From Eledone cirrhosa (lineage: Eukaryota): a stretch of 64,000 nt of DNA. The stretch spans positions 50,406,001-50,470,000 of the forward strand of contig OZ024740.1 in assembly GCA_964016885.1 (NCBI GenBank), written 5' to 3'. Both the position numbers and the translations under genes were made by a program. Numbering within the stretch: position 1 is the stretch's first letter; each line of letters starts with the position of its first letter. A model generated the notes under the pieces. It worked only from the letters and a program-made list of their open reading frames with translations. It did no database searches and was not told the origin of the DNA. Of this stretch, positions 15,896 to 28,924 are shown piece after piece.

Positions 15896-17330
15896 AATTA
15901 AAATAAATTATATATCACTCGAAGTGAGTGATATAACCTCAGCATTGAGATTTGTTGGATATATGCTAAATTTATAACAATCAAATTCCAAACTTTAAGG
16001 AGAAGTTTAATTTAAAATAAAAGGGATCGATTACTAAAAAAAAAGTATTAACTTAGAAATATGCTGATAACAGAAATAGAGTAATTTTCTTTTTAAATTA
16101 AAGGATAAGGAAAGGCTGATGAAATAGCCCACTAGATCCAAATGGATATAGAACACAATGAAGAGTGTGGACACGTTTCGAACATACGCTAAGTGGATAA
16201 GTTGTTCTATGGAAATACTATATTCCAGAAAGTATATTCACAACAGAAGTCATTATTACCAATAGAGTAATTAGTAAGAAATATTATGTAAATCTAAAAA
16301 CTAAGCCCAAATCGTAAGAGCTATATTGTAAGAATAAGGTGATGACACGTATCAAGGGAATGAATTAAGATAAAAACCACCTGATAACTATCATACAATG
16401 TATGGGGATTCATAAAACCAATGAAACAAAGCACCTCTTGGTTTCAATCGTTATATTTCGATCATGGGATGGAAGAATGAAACAAACGTGTTGCGCCTTT
16501 TTTTTTTGCCTTTTTTGTTTCATTTTTTAAAACAATTGAAAAAATGTATGGCGAAACACGTACACAACATGCACAATCAATACACCCACATGTAAATTAA
16601 ATTCGGTAGATAAATTGGAAGGACAAATGTTCACTTTGTAAGAAAATGATCATTCTTTCTTCTTAATAAACTTTATAGAAATCAATTAAACAGAAATGAC
16701 AATTATGAACGGAACATTAAATAAAGCAGTATATTTAGCAATCCGATTACCTAACAGATAACTAATGGTAATGTTTCGACTTGGAAAGTAATATATCAAG
16801 ATTTTTAGGACCATATTTTAACAATTATTGAAATGAAGGACATTAATATTATAGTTGATATTCACCCAGTTTCATTTCGGAACAAGATATCAAAGAGAAT
16901 CGTGGGTGAAAATATGAGTTTGTGATTAGATTGTGTTCCTTTAACATAAAGCCAAACGATCTCGAGTTTTAAGAAATAAAATACACCAACTTCTATAAGA
17001 AAATATTACGTTTATAAAACTGAAGAGACATAAAAATTAAGTTTTATCAAAACGATTATGATTGGTATTCTAGGAAAATGCGCCAAAACGGCTAACACAA
17101 AATTTAATTCTTTTAACGGGTCATACATTTTCTGAAGCAATATTTACTGAAAAGGTGTCTTTTAAATTGGCATGACAGTTAAGTTAGAAATAGGCAGAAA
17201 CACATCAGCTGTCTTAGGAAGACAGCATATGCAATGTATAACATACCAGCATGCATATAAAAGATAAAATAGTTGATTTTATGTTCATAGTAAAAGAGGA
17301 AATGCCGAAAGATTGACAAAGGAGTCTCAC

Positions 17331-17830
17331 CTGGTCGTATCAAAGTGGTTTTCTACTCGGTCAGTTCCTTTTCTTGTTTTTACGATCCTGTTCCACACTT
17401 GGAGTTGTATATTTGTCGTATCAGTTTGTTTACTACTGTTTATGTTGTAGTTATGTTTTGAGTGTTTCAATATAGCTTTAGCGTATTAATAAATAGAAAT
17501 ATATATATGTGTGTGTTCTAAACATGTGTAGAGCTGTATAAATATAGAGATATATACATATACGTGTCAACTAATACAATTCATGTCTATATAGTTGGAG
17601 CCTAAAAGAAATAGAAAACTTAAGAAATATCTATCCAAATCGGTGTTTATTAATAAATACAAAGGGAGTGGCCGTTTAATGGTTGCGGAGAAGAATTTTA
17701 AGAGAAAATGATAAATACGTTATAAGATGAAAGCCGCCACCAACCAAATGACACTGATACATGCCGCCATGGACAGTAGCGGCATGACGTGCAGAGCTGG
17801 CCCTTAACTACTTTATTTTTCAAACAGTTC
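17331..17830 (-). promoter_or_regulatory. Candidate promoter and non-coding first exon of a leftward gene
   Basis: Local CpG retention, GCCGCCAT (YY1-like) at ~17763, TGACGT half-CRE at ~17785, strong minus-strand donor CAG|GTGAG at 17331/17330. Confidence 0.35.
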
Positions 17831-18369
17831 ATTCTAATCTACAGCCGCACGTCGTACAAATCGATAAGTGACCGGCAAGAACATTAAAAAAAATATATCT
17901 TGCCAAACACGTTGCATGTAGTATATGTGAAGGCAAGATATTACTAATAGATGTTCGTATGTTTATATATGTGTGTGCGCATGTATGTTTGTATGTCTGT
18001 GTGTGAACGCGCGAACATTTTTTTTTTAATTCGCATATTCGAAATGTTACTGAGAATTCATAAATATATAACCAGCAGGTTATATATTCGGAATAACAAC
18101 TGCGGCAGAGATGTTGATGACAATGATGGTGATGCACTGATAAGATTTTGGCGATGTATCATGTGATCAATGCATCATTATCATAAGCATGAGCATCAAC
18201 ATCGATAACTTTTTAACGTCAGTCGAGTAATGACATCAGGACTTAAAGTTCTAAAATCAATACGTTCATACGTAATTTATATTATGGAAGTTCTTGTCCA
18301 CTTAATTAGACACCTTTTTAAAAAAATAATAGTTTCGATGTGGAAATATTACTTCCTCGAACCCGTCAT

Positions 18370-19910
18370 CTTCGTTCATAGGTCCTTTTTCCACGTTGGC
18401 ATGGGTTAGAGTAATCCTTTTCAGCACAGCATCTCTCCACTCGTCGCGTTCTTCGTCATCTCCCCCGTGCCCAGGTCTTCCTTGGCGTTCCTCTACTGCA
18501 GCTTCCTTCCACTGGGATTTACTGGCACTTCTTCACCCAGCAATCACCATCCATATCAACAGTCTTCTCTCTTGCACACCACTTTGGATTCCTCCTATAC
18601 CCACTTTTTCTCTCAGTCCATCCAACCTTTTCCGTTCTCTTACATTAACATTGCACATCCATCACAATATGCTTGCTTCCTTTTTCTCCAGTCTACACAA
18701 TCTTCTGCAGTCACTGCCCATGTTTCAGAACCTTGCAGCATAGTACTTCGCACACAGGTGTCATAGCCATCCTTTCGTTTATAGGGTGTAACCTTTTGTA
18801 GTCAACAAAGGTAGTAGTTCCCTAAACTTCTTCCATCTTATCGTTATTCTAGCTACTATGCTCTTGGAATACCCTAATACACTGCTAATTATGTCACCTA
18901 GATAGCAGAAACTATCAACCACTTCTATGGATCCTTCCTTGAAAAGATTTATATCATTGGTACTCTTGTAGCGAGATCTGTCCATGCCTTGAACCTTGGG
19001 TGACACCTAAAGGTCAAACTCTAGGTCACCACCCTTTTGGTTTGAACAGGTTCATGTGTGGGCTATCCCCTCAATGTGGGAGACAGAAAATGACAGGTAT
19101 ATATATTTTCCCACCTTAGATACAGCGAGATCGGAGCAATTAACCCTGAACATCTACATACAAAGTCTTCCTTTTCTGTTAGTCTACCTGTTATCCCATT
19201 ACATCTATTGTGTACCCAAGATTTACATTGTGTACATTATATAAAGTTTATGCCAATTTCATTTTTACATTGAGCAGGGCCACATCCTTTCTTTCCTACT
19301 TACTAGCACTTTAGTTTTGGTTAAATTTACTCTCAGACCTTTTGGTTGTAAATACTGTTTCCATTTGGAACTTACTATCTACTTCTTCCATAGTTTCAGT
19401 TATGAGGACCAGATCATCAGCATACAGAAGTTCCCATGGACAGCCAGTCTTAAACTCCTCTATTATGGTCTGGAGAACTATAATGAACAGCTGTGGGCTG
19501 AGGCCCAAGCCCTGATGAATTCCTACCTGTACCTTGAATTCTTCACTAAACTTACTTCCGCCTCTCAGTTTACTAACATTTCTGTACATGAGTTGCACTG
19601 CTCTCACAAGCCACTATAGTTTCCTTAAGGACCACCAGATAATAGATTGAGGTACTCTGTTAAAAGCCTTTTCTAGATCAACAAAAAGTAAATATAGCAG
19701 CTTATACTTGACTTGGAACTTCTCTTTTCTCACTAAAAAGAGGGCATCTGTAATGCTTCGCCCAAGCACAAAACCGAAATGCATCATTTCAAACACACTT
19801 CCCTAACAACATCCCAATTCGCACTGACACACTGCCTTGCAATACAGAACACCTCACACCTCTGATCCTCACATTTCAAGATATTGGCAAACCTTTCAGC
19901 TACTTTTCGA
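18370..19910 (-). mobile_element. Older RTE-clade LINE fragment (different subfamily)
   Basis: FVDLEKAFNRVP, GIHQG, LLYADDL and FCYLG motifs in broken frames. Confidence 0.88.
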
Positions 19911-19985
19911 GCTATGTCATATAATGGCTAATTTTATGGATGTACTTTTGCTACACTAGGTTTATAATGTATTGTTACATAGGTA

Positions 19986-21026
19986 CATCATCATCATCAT
20001 CATCGTTTAACGTCCATATTCCACGTTTGCATGGGTTTGGACGGGAGTTTTCCCACTTGAGGCAAGAGTGGTTGTCTTGCTCGTATAGGACTGTCTGGCG
20101 GGTTTTCTATGGCTGGATGCCCTTCCTAACACCAACCACATTTACAGTGTGGAACTGGGAGGTTTTTACCGTGTTAACTACACGGCCACATTACAGCGTG
20201 GACCGTGTGTTTTTTTGTCGTGACACCTACACGACCTCATTTGTTTCGGGCTGGATGTTGTGGTACCAACATAACTTTACATTGAAAGGGATGGTGTGGA
20301 TGGGATGGGGGTAGTGGGACGGAGGTGTATTTTGTTAGAGGTGCCTACTGACTGTAGTAGGTTTCACTTTGTACTTAGGTAAGGCTGGTCTTCTCTATTA
20401 CTGTGTAGCGCCAAAGCTCTCGGTCCAGTGACATTGTCTTGGAGAGGTGTAAGTGTGTGAGGTCGGAATTTATCAAGTCGTCCCAGGTTTTTCTGGGTCT
20501 GCCTATTCCGTGGCTACCGTCTATTTGTGTTGCCCTGCACTTTTTTATACAGCTGTCGTCTTTCATGCGTATCACGTGACCATACCAACGTAGCCTTCTC
20601 TCGAGTAAACAACATCTGATCCCTCTTATTTCTAATTTTTCCCTTAGTTCGTTTATGCTTTGCCGTTCACGTATATTACTATTACACATCCAGCAGAGCA
20701 TGCAAGCTTCGTTCCTCTCCAGTCTGCGTATATCCTCTGCACACAATGCCCAGGTCTCACTGCCATGCAACATTGCTGTTCGTATGCAGGCATCATACAG
20801 CCTGCCTTTCATTTTTAGGGAAAACCCTTTAGCGGCTAATAGTTGTATAAGCTCTCTGAACTTTTTCCATCCAGTTCTGACTCTAGCTACTGTACTTTCA
20901 GAGCACCCGCCCCCACTGCTGATTTTGTCACCCAGGTAACGGAAGGTGTCCACTATTTCTATAGAACCATCTGTGCAATGGAATGAGCTAGTATTCTATG
21001 GGCACTTGCTGCTACTTATTGCACCA
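19986..21026 (-). mobile_element. 5'-truncated RTE-clade LINE, intact 3' ORF end
   Basis: ORF 20375-20953 DTFRYLGDKISSGGG...GRPRKTW; 3'UTR and (GAT)n tail. Confidence 0.95.
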
Positions 21027-21029
21027 ATA

Positions 21030-22920
21030 AATATAAATTTTCTCTTTTCAAAATTTCTTGGTGATTGTACAAAATGATATAATAAATACTTCTTCATCTT
21101 CTTTGCCCACATATTCTTGAGAGGGTCATGTGGTGGAGTCCTCAGACACACCTTCCAGGGAGTCCTATCAGAAGTAACCATCTCCAGTTGATCTGAATGG
21201 TTCCTCAAGTGAGACTAACCAAGCTCATGGATGTTATCTAACCATCTTGCTAATGGGTCTCTTTCAAGTTGGCTTTGCTTATAAAATCTGTCCAGCAATT
21301 TTTTCTTTAGACATTCTAGCCACATGTTCATAGTATTGGAGTTGTGATCTCTCAATTCAGAAAAATAGCATCTCTATGTGGAGCGAAACCCTGATCTTTG
21401 AGCTATGCATTCTATTGATTAATGGTAGGCACAAGACCATTTGGGGGAAGCCCTATTTTGGCCCCTTGTATTTGCAATCATACTCTTTTGGTCATTTACT
21501 CAAGATTCATGACCATAGGTAAGGGTTGGCACAAATACTAAATTGAAAACAGCAAGTTTGGCTTTTACATACACCTGCCTTGTTTCTTTTGATGACCAAA
21601 AGCTGAAACTGGCAAATTACTATGCTAGCTCCCTCAATTTTTGCATTTAATTCAGCTTCCTGCTCTCCATCACTTGTGAAAACAGATCTGAGATATTTGA
21701 ACTTATTTCAGAGTGCATTGTGCGGTCTTCCTTGAGAGGGTGAATGTCTCAGTCTTCACAGCACTGATCTTTATTCCTGCCATGCAACAAACCTATCCAG
21801 TGCATGTTAGAAATCAACTTTTGGTGAATTAAGTAGTACCATGTTGCCTTCAAATTCCAGTGGATTGATCCTATACCCACCAGTCTTGATACCACTTCCA
21901 ACCCAGCTACGCATGTCAATCTTGTGCTTGAAGATTAATGAACAGGAGAGATGACAATATGCACCATTTATCCAAACACATGATTTAACCAGAAAATAAC
22001 ATCTCTTTTTAAGGCTTTTAACATCTCGGTCCAAATTTCATCCTCTCCAGAGGCCTTGACACATTTAAGCTCTTTAATTGCTTTGGTAACCTCAGCCTCT
22101 AAAAGGTTAGTCTTGCCACTAGATGCACTGCATGTACATCAGAAAATGTTGTTGTGAACAGATTTAGGATGTCAGCAAAGTATTCTCTCCACTCCAAGAG
22201 GTGAGAAAACTCCCAGACAAGTTTCTAATAGTAGGGATGGAAGTCAGATGTTCTGCCAGAATACTTTATTTACTGATCTAAAGTTGGATTCAAGCTTAAC
22301 TCCAAAGTCCTCTCATGTCATAACTTTGAATGCCTTTACTGTCTTTTCTGCAACTTTTCATGCCTGCTTGTACCATGAGCTTTGTTAGCCTCCTTCTTTG
22401 CTCAGATAGAATCTTGAACCTCTTGATTGAAACAGTTGTTAAATACTTCAGCTACTTTTACCCACAACATTTAACAGCTGAAGCAGAAACTGCCAAGCTG
22501 AACATTCTCCACTCTATTTCAACATCCTCAGTTTGTTCAAGGGATTCTCTGAATTTAAATGAAATAGTATCCGCATATCTAGTTCTGACCTCCTCATCAG
22601 TCAGGGCTTCTCACATTATCCTGTAGGTTGAGCTGGACCTGCCAGTTTTGTAGGTTTTCTTGTCTTTAGGTAGTCTCAGGTTGCAGATAACTAGATGGTG
22701 ATCAATTGACAGCTCAGCCTCTCTTTTAACATGAACATCCAGCACAGAATCACTGTTCCCAATTTCCCTTATACCATATATACTTACTTATGCATGTCTT
22801 CATTCACATTTAGATCGAGATCATCATTCTTTTTAATCACTCCCTCCCATATCAGGTAATCAGTGCCAACATGTGCATTGAAGTCTCCCATTAGTATATA
22901 TTATTCAGTCTTAACTACAT
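21030..22920 (-). mobile_element. Old RTE-clade LINE (same family as 43050-44800), heavily decayed
   Basis: 22640-22750 is the reverse complement of ~44695-44800; remnants of GDFNAHV and FKYL motifs. Boundaries approximate. Confidence 0.65.
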
Positions 22921-24574
22921 CTAATGGAAGACATCTCTGAATTATTTATTATCTTTTGGTATCCAAGCCTTTCATTCAGAGAGAAATGTGTCAATGAAAA
23001 AACCTTATTTGCTAGAAATAGCCATCAAATCTTCCTTAAATCACATTCCACCATCTGAAAATAAGGAAAGATATTAGATAACATAGTCCTAGATATCCTG
23101 CTATGAAAAAGAGATGATATGGTAACATATGGAATGACTTTAATCATAGATCTGCTTCATCAGAGTTGACTGGGTGCTAAACAACAATATTCCAGAGTAA
23201 GAGGTGCTTAAACTATCAGAAATAGAGACATTTACAGTGAAATTAAACCTTAGCAAAAACATCTTAGCCACAGCATATTCTTTATCTGGTTTTTAATTAT
23301 ATTTTCTGTAATCTCTATAAAACAATATAATGTAATATGGTTTTGTTGCATTTCATAGATAATATAAATAAGCAATTATCAGTTTGTGTCCTTGTTGGTC
23401 TGTCTCAATACTTTAGGGAATTAGCTTTCCCCACTCCAGTCACACATGAACACATACAACACAGACAACCAAGACACCAACTAACATCTCTGCTAAAATG
23501 TTGACCCCATTCAAACATACAGCCCCAATGAACATTTCTGCTAAAAGGAAAAATGATAAATACAACACACAACAAAACCCAACAACTAACATTTCTGTTA
23601 AAGTAGCATCACAAAATTTGAACAGGCTGTAGTGAATATATGTGTAAAGGCTCGGTGACGTCACTTCTGCCCAAGTGTGACGGGCGCGAAAACTTAAACC
23701 GAACAGTTCAGTTGCTGCTAGATTTCCAGCCTGCCAAGACATGCCCAGCGCTCCTTTTCCAGCAACTCAGGACATCAGTGTTAGCTGACATATGTCACAA
23801 CATGGCATTATTCTTATTTAATGTGAGTAATTAAAAGCTAATATTTGCAACACTCATGGACTTGGACATTATTTTCCACTGATCTGCTCACATACACCTT
23901 TTTGGATGTACGTTCTCACATCCCAACATACCATCTTTATCACACGCATAATTTGCTATATTCACACATATTCTGCATTGGTCATGCTTGTCACATGACT
24001 TAAACAAATTCCTATGTTTGTTTTCAATCAAAATGCCTTCTGATTTCTTATACACCCTTTTATTTCACTGCTGACTGCCTTGCTACAATTCTCTTGTTAC
24101 AAGGCAAACCTTCTTTCAAAACAACACAAACATTTTCTGAAAATAAAATTTACATTAAAGACAAAATTTATTTTCGCTCTAACATGGTGGATACCTAAAT
24201 GTATCCATGAGTGAATAATAATTATATTATAATAATATTATCAATATTAGGTTTGTTTGCAAGCAAACAGCCTCATAACACCATGAGTGTCTTCTAGATG
24301 ATCACGTCATCCTTTTTTTCCAGCGATAACAGAGAGACAATAGATCGGTATGCAAATTAGGCTAATCAGCCAATGTATAATTTTGAGAATACTATGTATT
24401 CTCAGCAGTTCCAGCAAGTATTAGTGATGAGGATACACAGTCTCAATAAGGAGCAACAACTCCGAAACAGCTGTCAACTGTTTTCTCTCAGCTACCGCTG
24501 GAACAAAAGGATGACAGGGTCATCTAGAAAACACACATGGTGTAATGAGGCTGTTTGCTTGCAATCAAACCAAA

Positions 24575-25301
24575 TATTAATAATTGTTTCTACTTTTGGC
24601 ACAAGATCAGCAATTACCTCCAGTGCATTACTGGTACCTTATTTTATTGACTGTAAGAATGAAAGGTAAAGTTAAACTTGGCAGGATTTGAATTCAGAAC
24701 GTAAAGGGCCATAACTCTATGCTGAAAAGCCTATCGGTAGATAGTCAGACGCCATGCTTAGCAGCATAGATTTACGGCCCTTTACGGTCTGAGTTCAAAT
24801 CCCACCGAGGTTAACTTTGTCTTTCATCCTTTCGGGGCGATAAAATAAAGTACCAGTAATGCACTGGGATAATTACTGCCATTGAACCAAATGTAGAAAC
24901 AATTATTTATGTTGAAGGATTGGCAGTACCAGTAAAGTGTCGGACATGTTTTGAGACATAGAGTTACAACCCTTTACGTTCTGAGTTCAAATCCCACCAA
25001 GGCTTGCTTTACCTTACAGGGTCGATAAAATAAAGTATCAGTAACACACTGGGGTCGATTTAATCGACTTTCCCCTCCCTCAAAATTGTTTTAATATCAA
25101 AAACCATTATTTGTGCAGAGTGGCAGTGTCGGACAACATGCTTTGTGGCATAGAGTTACAGCCCTTTACGATCTCAGTTCAAATCCCACCGAGGTTAGCT
25201 TTGCCTTTCCTCCTTACGGGGTCGACAAAATAAAGAACTAGTACTGTGCTGGAGTCGATTTAATCGACTTTCCCGTCCCCTCAAATTGTTGGCTTTCTGC
25301 C
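24575..25301. mobile_element. Cluster of four tRNA-derived SINEs (one minus, three tandem plus)
   Basis: B-box GAGTTCAAATCCCACCGAGG followed by ...GGGGTCGATAAAATAAAGTACCAG, repeated; the last copy continues at 28925 after the Gypsy insertion. Confidence 0.85.
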
Positions 25302-25537
25302 TATAGCCGGAGGCATTCGAACTTACCTTGCGTCTCTCTGCTCCACGTGGGGGTACTTTCCGCTTGCGTCTGTCGTCGCACGTCCGTCACCTTGCAGGGT
25401 GTATAGCTAAAAGGCCTCTGTTGACCGCCTGGTCCCTCGAGCGCCCCCGTCCTCCTGCTTCCGGTCAGGCGTCCCCCAACTTCCGGCAATCCCCCTTACA
25501 TGGCAGCTCTACAGCCCCCTCTATCTCGCGGAAGCCC
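25302..25537 (-). repeat. 3' LTR of Gypsy element (termini decayed)
   Basis: TATAGCCGGAGGCATTCG...; inner TACA lost into the poly-C/PPT run; several indels relative to the other LTR. Confidence 0.85.
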
Positions 25538-25561
25538 CCCCCCCCCCCGTGATCTCAGGAA

Positions 25562-27866
25562 TCAATCCCACCCTTTCCTCATTGAGATGTGCAACACGCG
25601 TTTGGGGGCTTGACCCACTTGTATGAATGCGCTCTCTTTCTCTACCCGCTGCTGGGGTACCGTGCACGCCTGTCGCCATTCATATCTGTATATTGCCCTG
25701 TGCGGCACCGACTCCTCGACCTGTCCCACCCGTGGGGACATGTTGTACCAGAACACTGCCTCCATTGGCGAAATGTGCCCCCTTTCCGCCATGGCCTTGA
25801 TTGTGCGATGATGTCTTCCCACGATCCCATTTCCGCTCGGCCTGTATGCTGCTCTGAAGAAGCAGTTCCCCTTCCACTTGTCAAGCATTTCCCTCAGCGC
25901 CTCTGAGCGAAACACCGTGCTGTTGTCCATCAGCAGTTCATCCAGAGAGCCCCGCTTCAAGAATATCTCTCTCAGCGTCTGCACGATTTCCTCCACAGTC
26001 CCTGTCTTGTCTTCATTTCCCTCCATATCCCCATCCGCCCCGGCCCACAATTAACCATCGAAAGATATGTTCCTTGTCGGTAGTGTGTCACATCCACCGC
26101 TAACCACTTCCAGTTGTGCTCCACTGGGATGCTGCCTGTCTCATGCACACCCGGGTGAGGGTCGATAGACTGCCATTTGTCGCAACCTCCAACCACTCTC
26201 TGGACACTCTGTCTGCTAATATCAGAGTCGATTCTTCTGGCTAAGAACAGGGTCCTATCCACCCCCATGTGGTGCATGGCATGCAGTCCCCTCAACTCCG
26301 AATCTCTCAGTTGACACACTGCCGCTATCCCTTTCTCTGCGTCCTCTGGCATTTCCAGCCAGGCTTTCTTCACCCTGGTTAATACGTCTACCCTGTTTTT
26401 CTCTGAAGGCACAAAAACCACACTCAACTCCAGGCCAAACTCAGTGGACAGCTCTCCCAGAGTTCCCAGGTGGCGCTTTATCAACATTTCTGCTGCCCCT
26501 CTCATTCGCACCCTCCTCTCACTGGTAAGCACTGATCTCACCCATCCGAGTACAGTGGCCGAGTCAGTGCAGATTTCTATGGTGCGCAGCCCCCATCTCA
26601 GAGCGAGATTCACCCCTCTCAGCACAGCATCCAGTTCAGCAATGTTGATGTGGTTGTAGTCCTCCTTCTTGAGCCAGGCTGCGTCCTCGACCTCGATGCC
26701 TGGCTCAAGCGCGGCTCCTCCTTCCATCTCCTCCAGCAGTTTCGCGGTCAGCCCAAACCTTCCCAAGTGGCCTGAGACTTCTGCTGCTGACACCACCGTC
26801 TCTCCACCTAGATGTCGTCGATGTAGGAGTTGGTGGCCCTCTTCACCTTGTCCGCTTTCCCCAGAATGGCCTTGAGGACCATTGCCATGATTTTTGGCGC
26901 GGAGTTCAACCCGAAGCCAAGCCTGGTCAGGCAGTATGTCTGGCACTTATACCTGACCAGCTGATATTTCCACAGCTTCTCATCCATGTGTAACTGAAGA
27001 TATGCCGACTTTAAGTCGACAATCGTGGAGGCCCCCGTCATTCGTCTACACTCTCGCAAAGTTTCCCTGCAAACATCCGTGACTTCACCGCCTGTGTGGC
27101 ATGACACGTGTTCGTTCAGCTCACGAAAGTCCAGCACCAGCCTAACCTTGTTCTTCGTGGGATGCACCACTGCCATCAGCGGCAACACTCCACACTTCAC
27201 CTCCTCCTTCCAAGGAAGCAGTATGCCCTCCTCGATCCATCTCTGTACCTCTCCCTCAAACTCGCTTCTGGCATTTCCTTTCAGGGTATGCTGATAGCAG
27301 CCCACTCTGTTCTTCAGCGTTGGTGGATCTCCCTTTCGGTACCACTCAACTACCCACCGCTACCCTTTGAACACCGCCCTGAAATCCTTGTCCTGTATAG
27401 TATTTTCTTCATGGATCACCCTGTTCTTTGTGGATTCTCCCAGCATGCTCACAGCACATGATGTCCTCTCACTACCAAACATCACGCCATGTTCAGTCTC
27501 TGTAACACATCCAAGGCAGCCAATCATGTCCATGCCCATTACTACATCGATTCCGTCTACCACTTGGTCTATCACGATCGCCCGAAGTCTAATTTTTCTT
27601 CCCCGTACCACCATCGACACCTCACTGGTACCTTTGCATCTAATCTCCCTGCCGTCGACTGCCCTTATACTGCTCATACCACTCCACTTTTTAACCACCT
27701 CCGTGGTCACTAGTGTTATCATGCAACCCGTGTCCACGAGTGCTCGCGATGGCTTCCCTTCCACCAAAACTTCCACTACGGGCAGCGACTGCAAAGGCGC
27801 CTCTACTCGTCTCCAGGGGTGGCTACCGGCGCAGTAGCCCCCCTTAGACCATTTCCCTGGTCGCAA
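25562..27866 (-). pseudogene. pol: Gypsy pol (protease, RT, partial RNase H, integrase), disrupted
   Basis: ALVDTGC protease; RLVLDFRELN, VDLKSAYLQ, RLGFGL and YIDD RT motifs; HINIAELDA..TDSATV RNase H; HH-CC zinc finger; MDNSTVF and YRPSGNGIVGRHHRTIK integrase; stops, frameshifts and a probable deletion between RT and RNase H. Confidence 0.92.
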
Positions 27867-28562
27867 TTATTTGCGATGTGGCCTGGTCGCTTGCAGCGAT
27901 AGCAGGCTATGTCTGTCTTTGGCCCTCTGTAGTCTCTTGCCATGTGCAGGCCCTGGCACCTGAAGCCCCTGCCTCTGAACGCACGCGGACAACTATTCAC
28001 AGCAGCTGGTCTCCTTTCGTCATACGTCGGTCGCTGTCGACTGCCATGGGCTTCCATCGCTGCCAACGCTGCAACACTCCACCTCGTGTCCTGTGTTATT
28101 ACCTGGGCCTGTGCGATGCGCTCAATCATGTTCATCTCCCTGTTGCCAGGCAGTTGTTGGAGCTTCATGGCGATTTCGTCGGGAACCCGTTCATAAAAGC
28201 TAACCGCACGGCGCCTTCGCATTCTACCACAAATCCGGCATACGTAGCCAACCGCCGTAACTCTGTTGCGAACACGTCCATGTGCTCTCCCTGCCAATCT
28301 TGGCAAAAGCAGCGTACGGCCCCTCGGTGAACGCTTCCTTAAGTCGCTGCTCTATCCTCTCCATGTTCAGTTGGTCGCTCTCATCGATCTCAAGGTACAG
28401 TGCTAGGGCATCCCCGTCGAGATATAGAGCGATCAAACCAGCAATGTTGTCAATGCCTTGCAGCGAGGTGACCAATGTGACCTTTCTCAACCAGGCCACA
28501 ACATCTCCTTCACCGTTAAAAGCCTTGATTGTCTCGCTATTCAATCTCAGTTTCGCTGCCAT
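27803..28562 (-). pseudogene. gag: Gypsy gag (frameshifted) with zinc knuckles
   Basis: FNGEGDVVAWLRKV...LYLDGDALALY capsid-like region; CYRCKRPGHIANNC CCHC knuckle plus a degenerate upstream knuckle. Confidence 0.85.
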
Positions 28563-28704
28563 CTCCACTGCGAGATCGGAAAAAAATCAACAACGATACC
28601 CCACGAAAGAGAACAAAAAAAATTTTTTTTTAATAAAGGTAAACTGCCGTGCCGAGAGTGAAAATGCCGAAAGATGGGAAATTTCATTAAACGCTGAAAT
28701 AGCT

Positions 28705-28924
28705 TGTAGCCGGAGGCATTCGGACTTACCTTGCATATCTCTGGTCCACGTGGGAGTACTTTCCGCTCGTGTCTGTCGTCACACCTTGCAGGGTGTATAG
28801 CTAAAAGGCCTCTGTTGACAGCCTGGTCTCGTCCTCCTGCTTCTGGTCAGGTGTCCCCCAACTTTCGGCAATCCCTCTCCCACGGCAGCTCCCCCCCCCC
28901 CCCCTGTCTCGCGGCAGCCCTACA
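28705..28924 (-). repeat. 5' LTR of Gypsy element
   Basis: TGTAGCCGG...CCCTACA, direct repeat of 25302-25537. Confidence 0.9.

Larger units (their letters stand above)
25302..28924 (-). mobile_element. Compact Ty3/Gypsy LTR retrotransposon, decayed
   Basis: Two related LTRs (25302-~25537 and 28705-28924, TGTAG...CTACA), poly-G PPT at ~25538-25548, TSD CTGCC/CTGCT, and gag-PR-RT-RH-IN domain order. Confidence 0.95.

Noticed and set aside
15900-17300. Possible Penelope RT remnant (MYG..IHK..PL-like) and CTGATGA at ~16116
   Set aside because: Too decayed to support by eye; no stem II or GAAA follows the CTGATGA.
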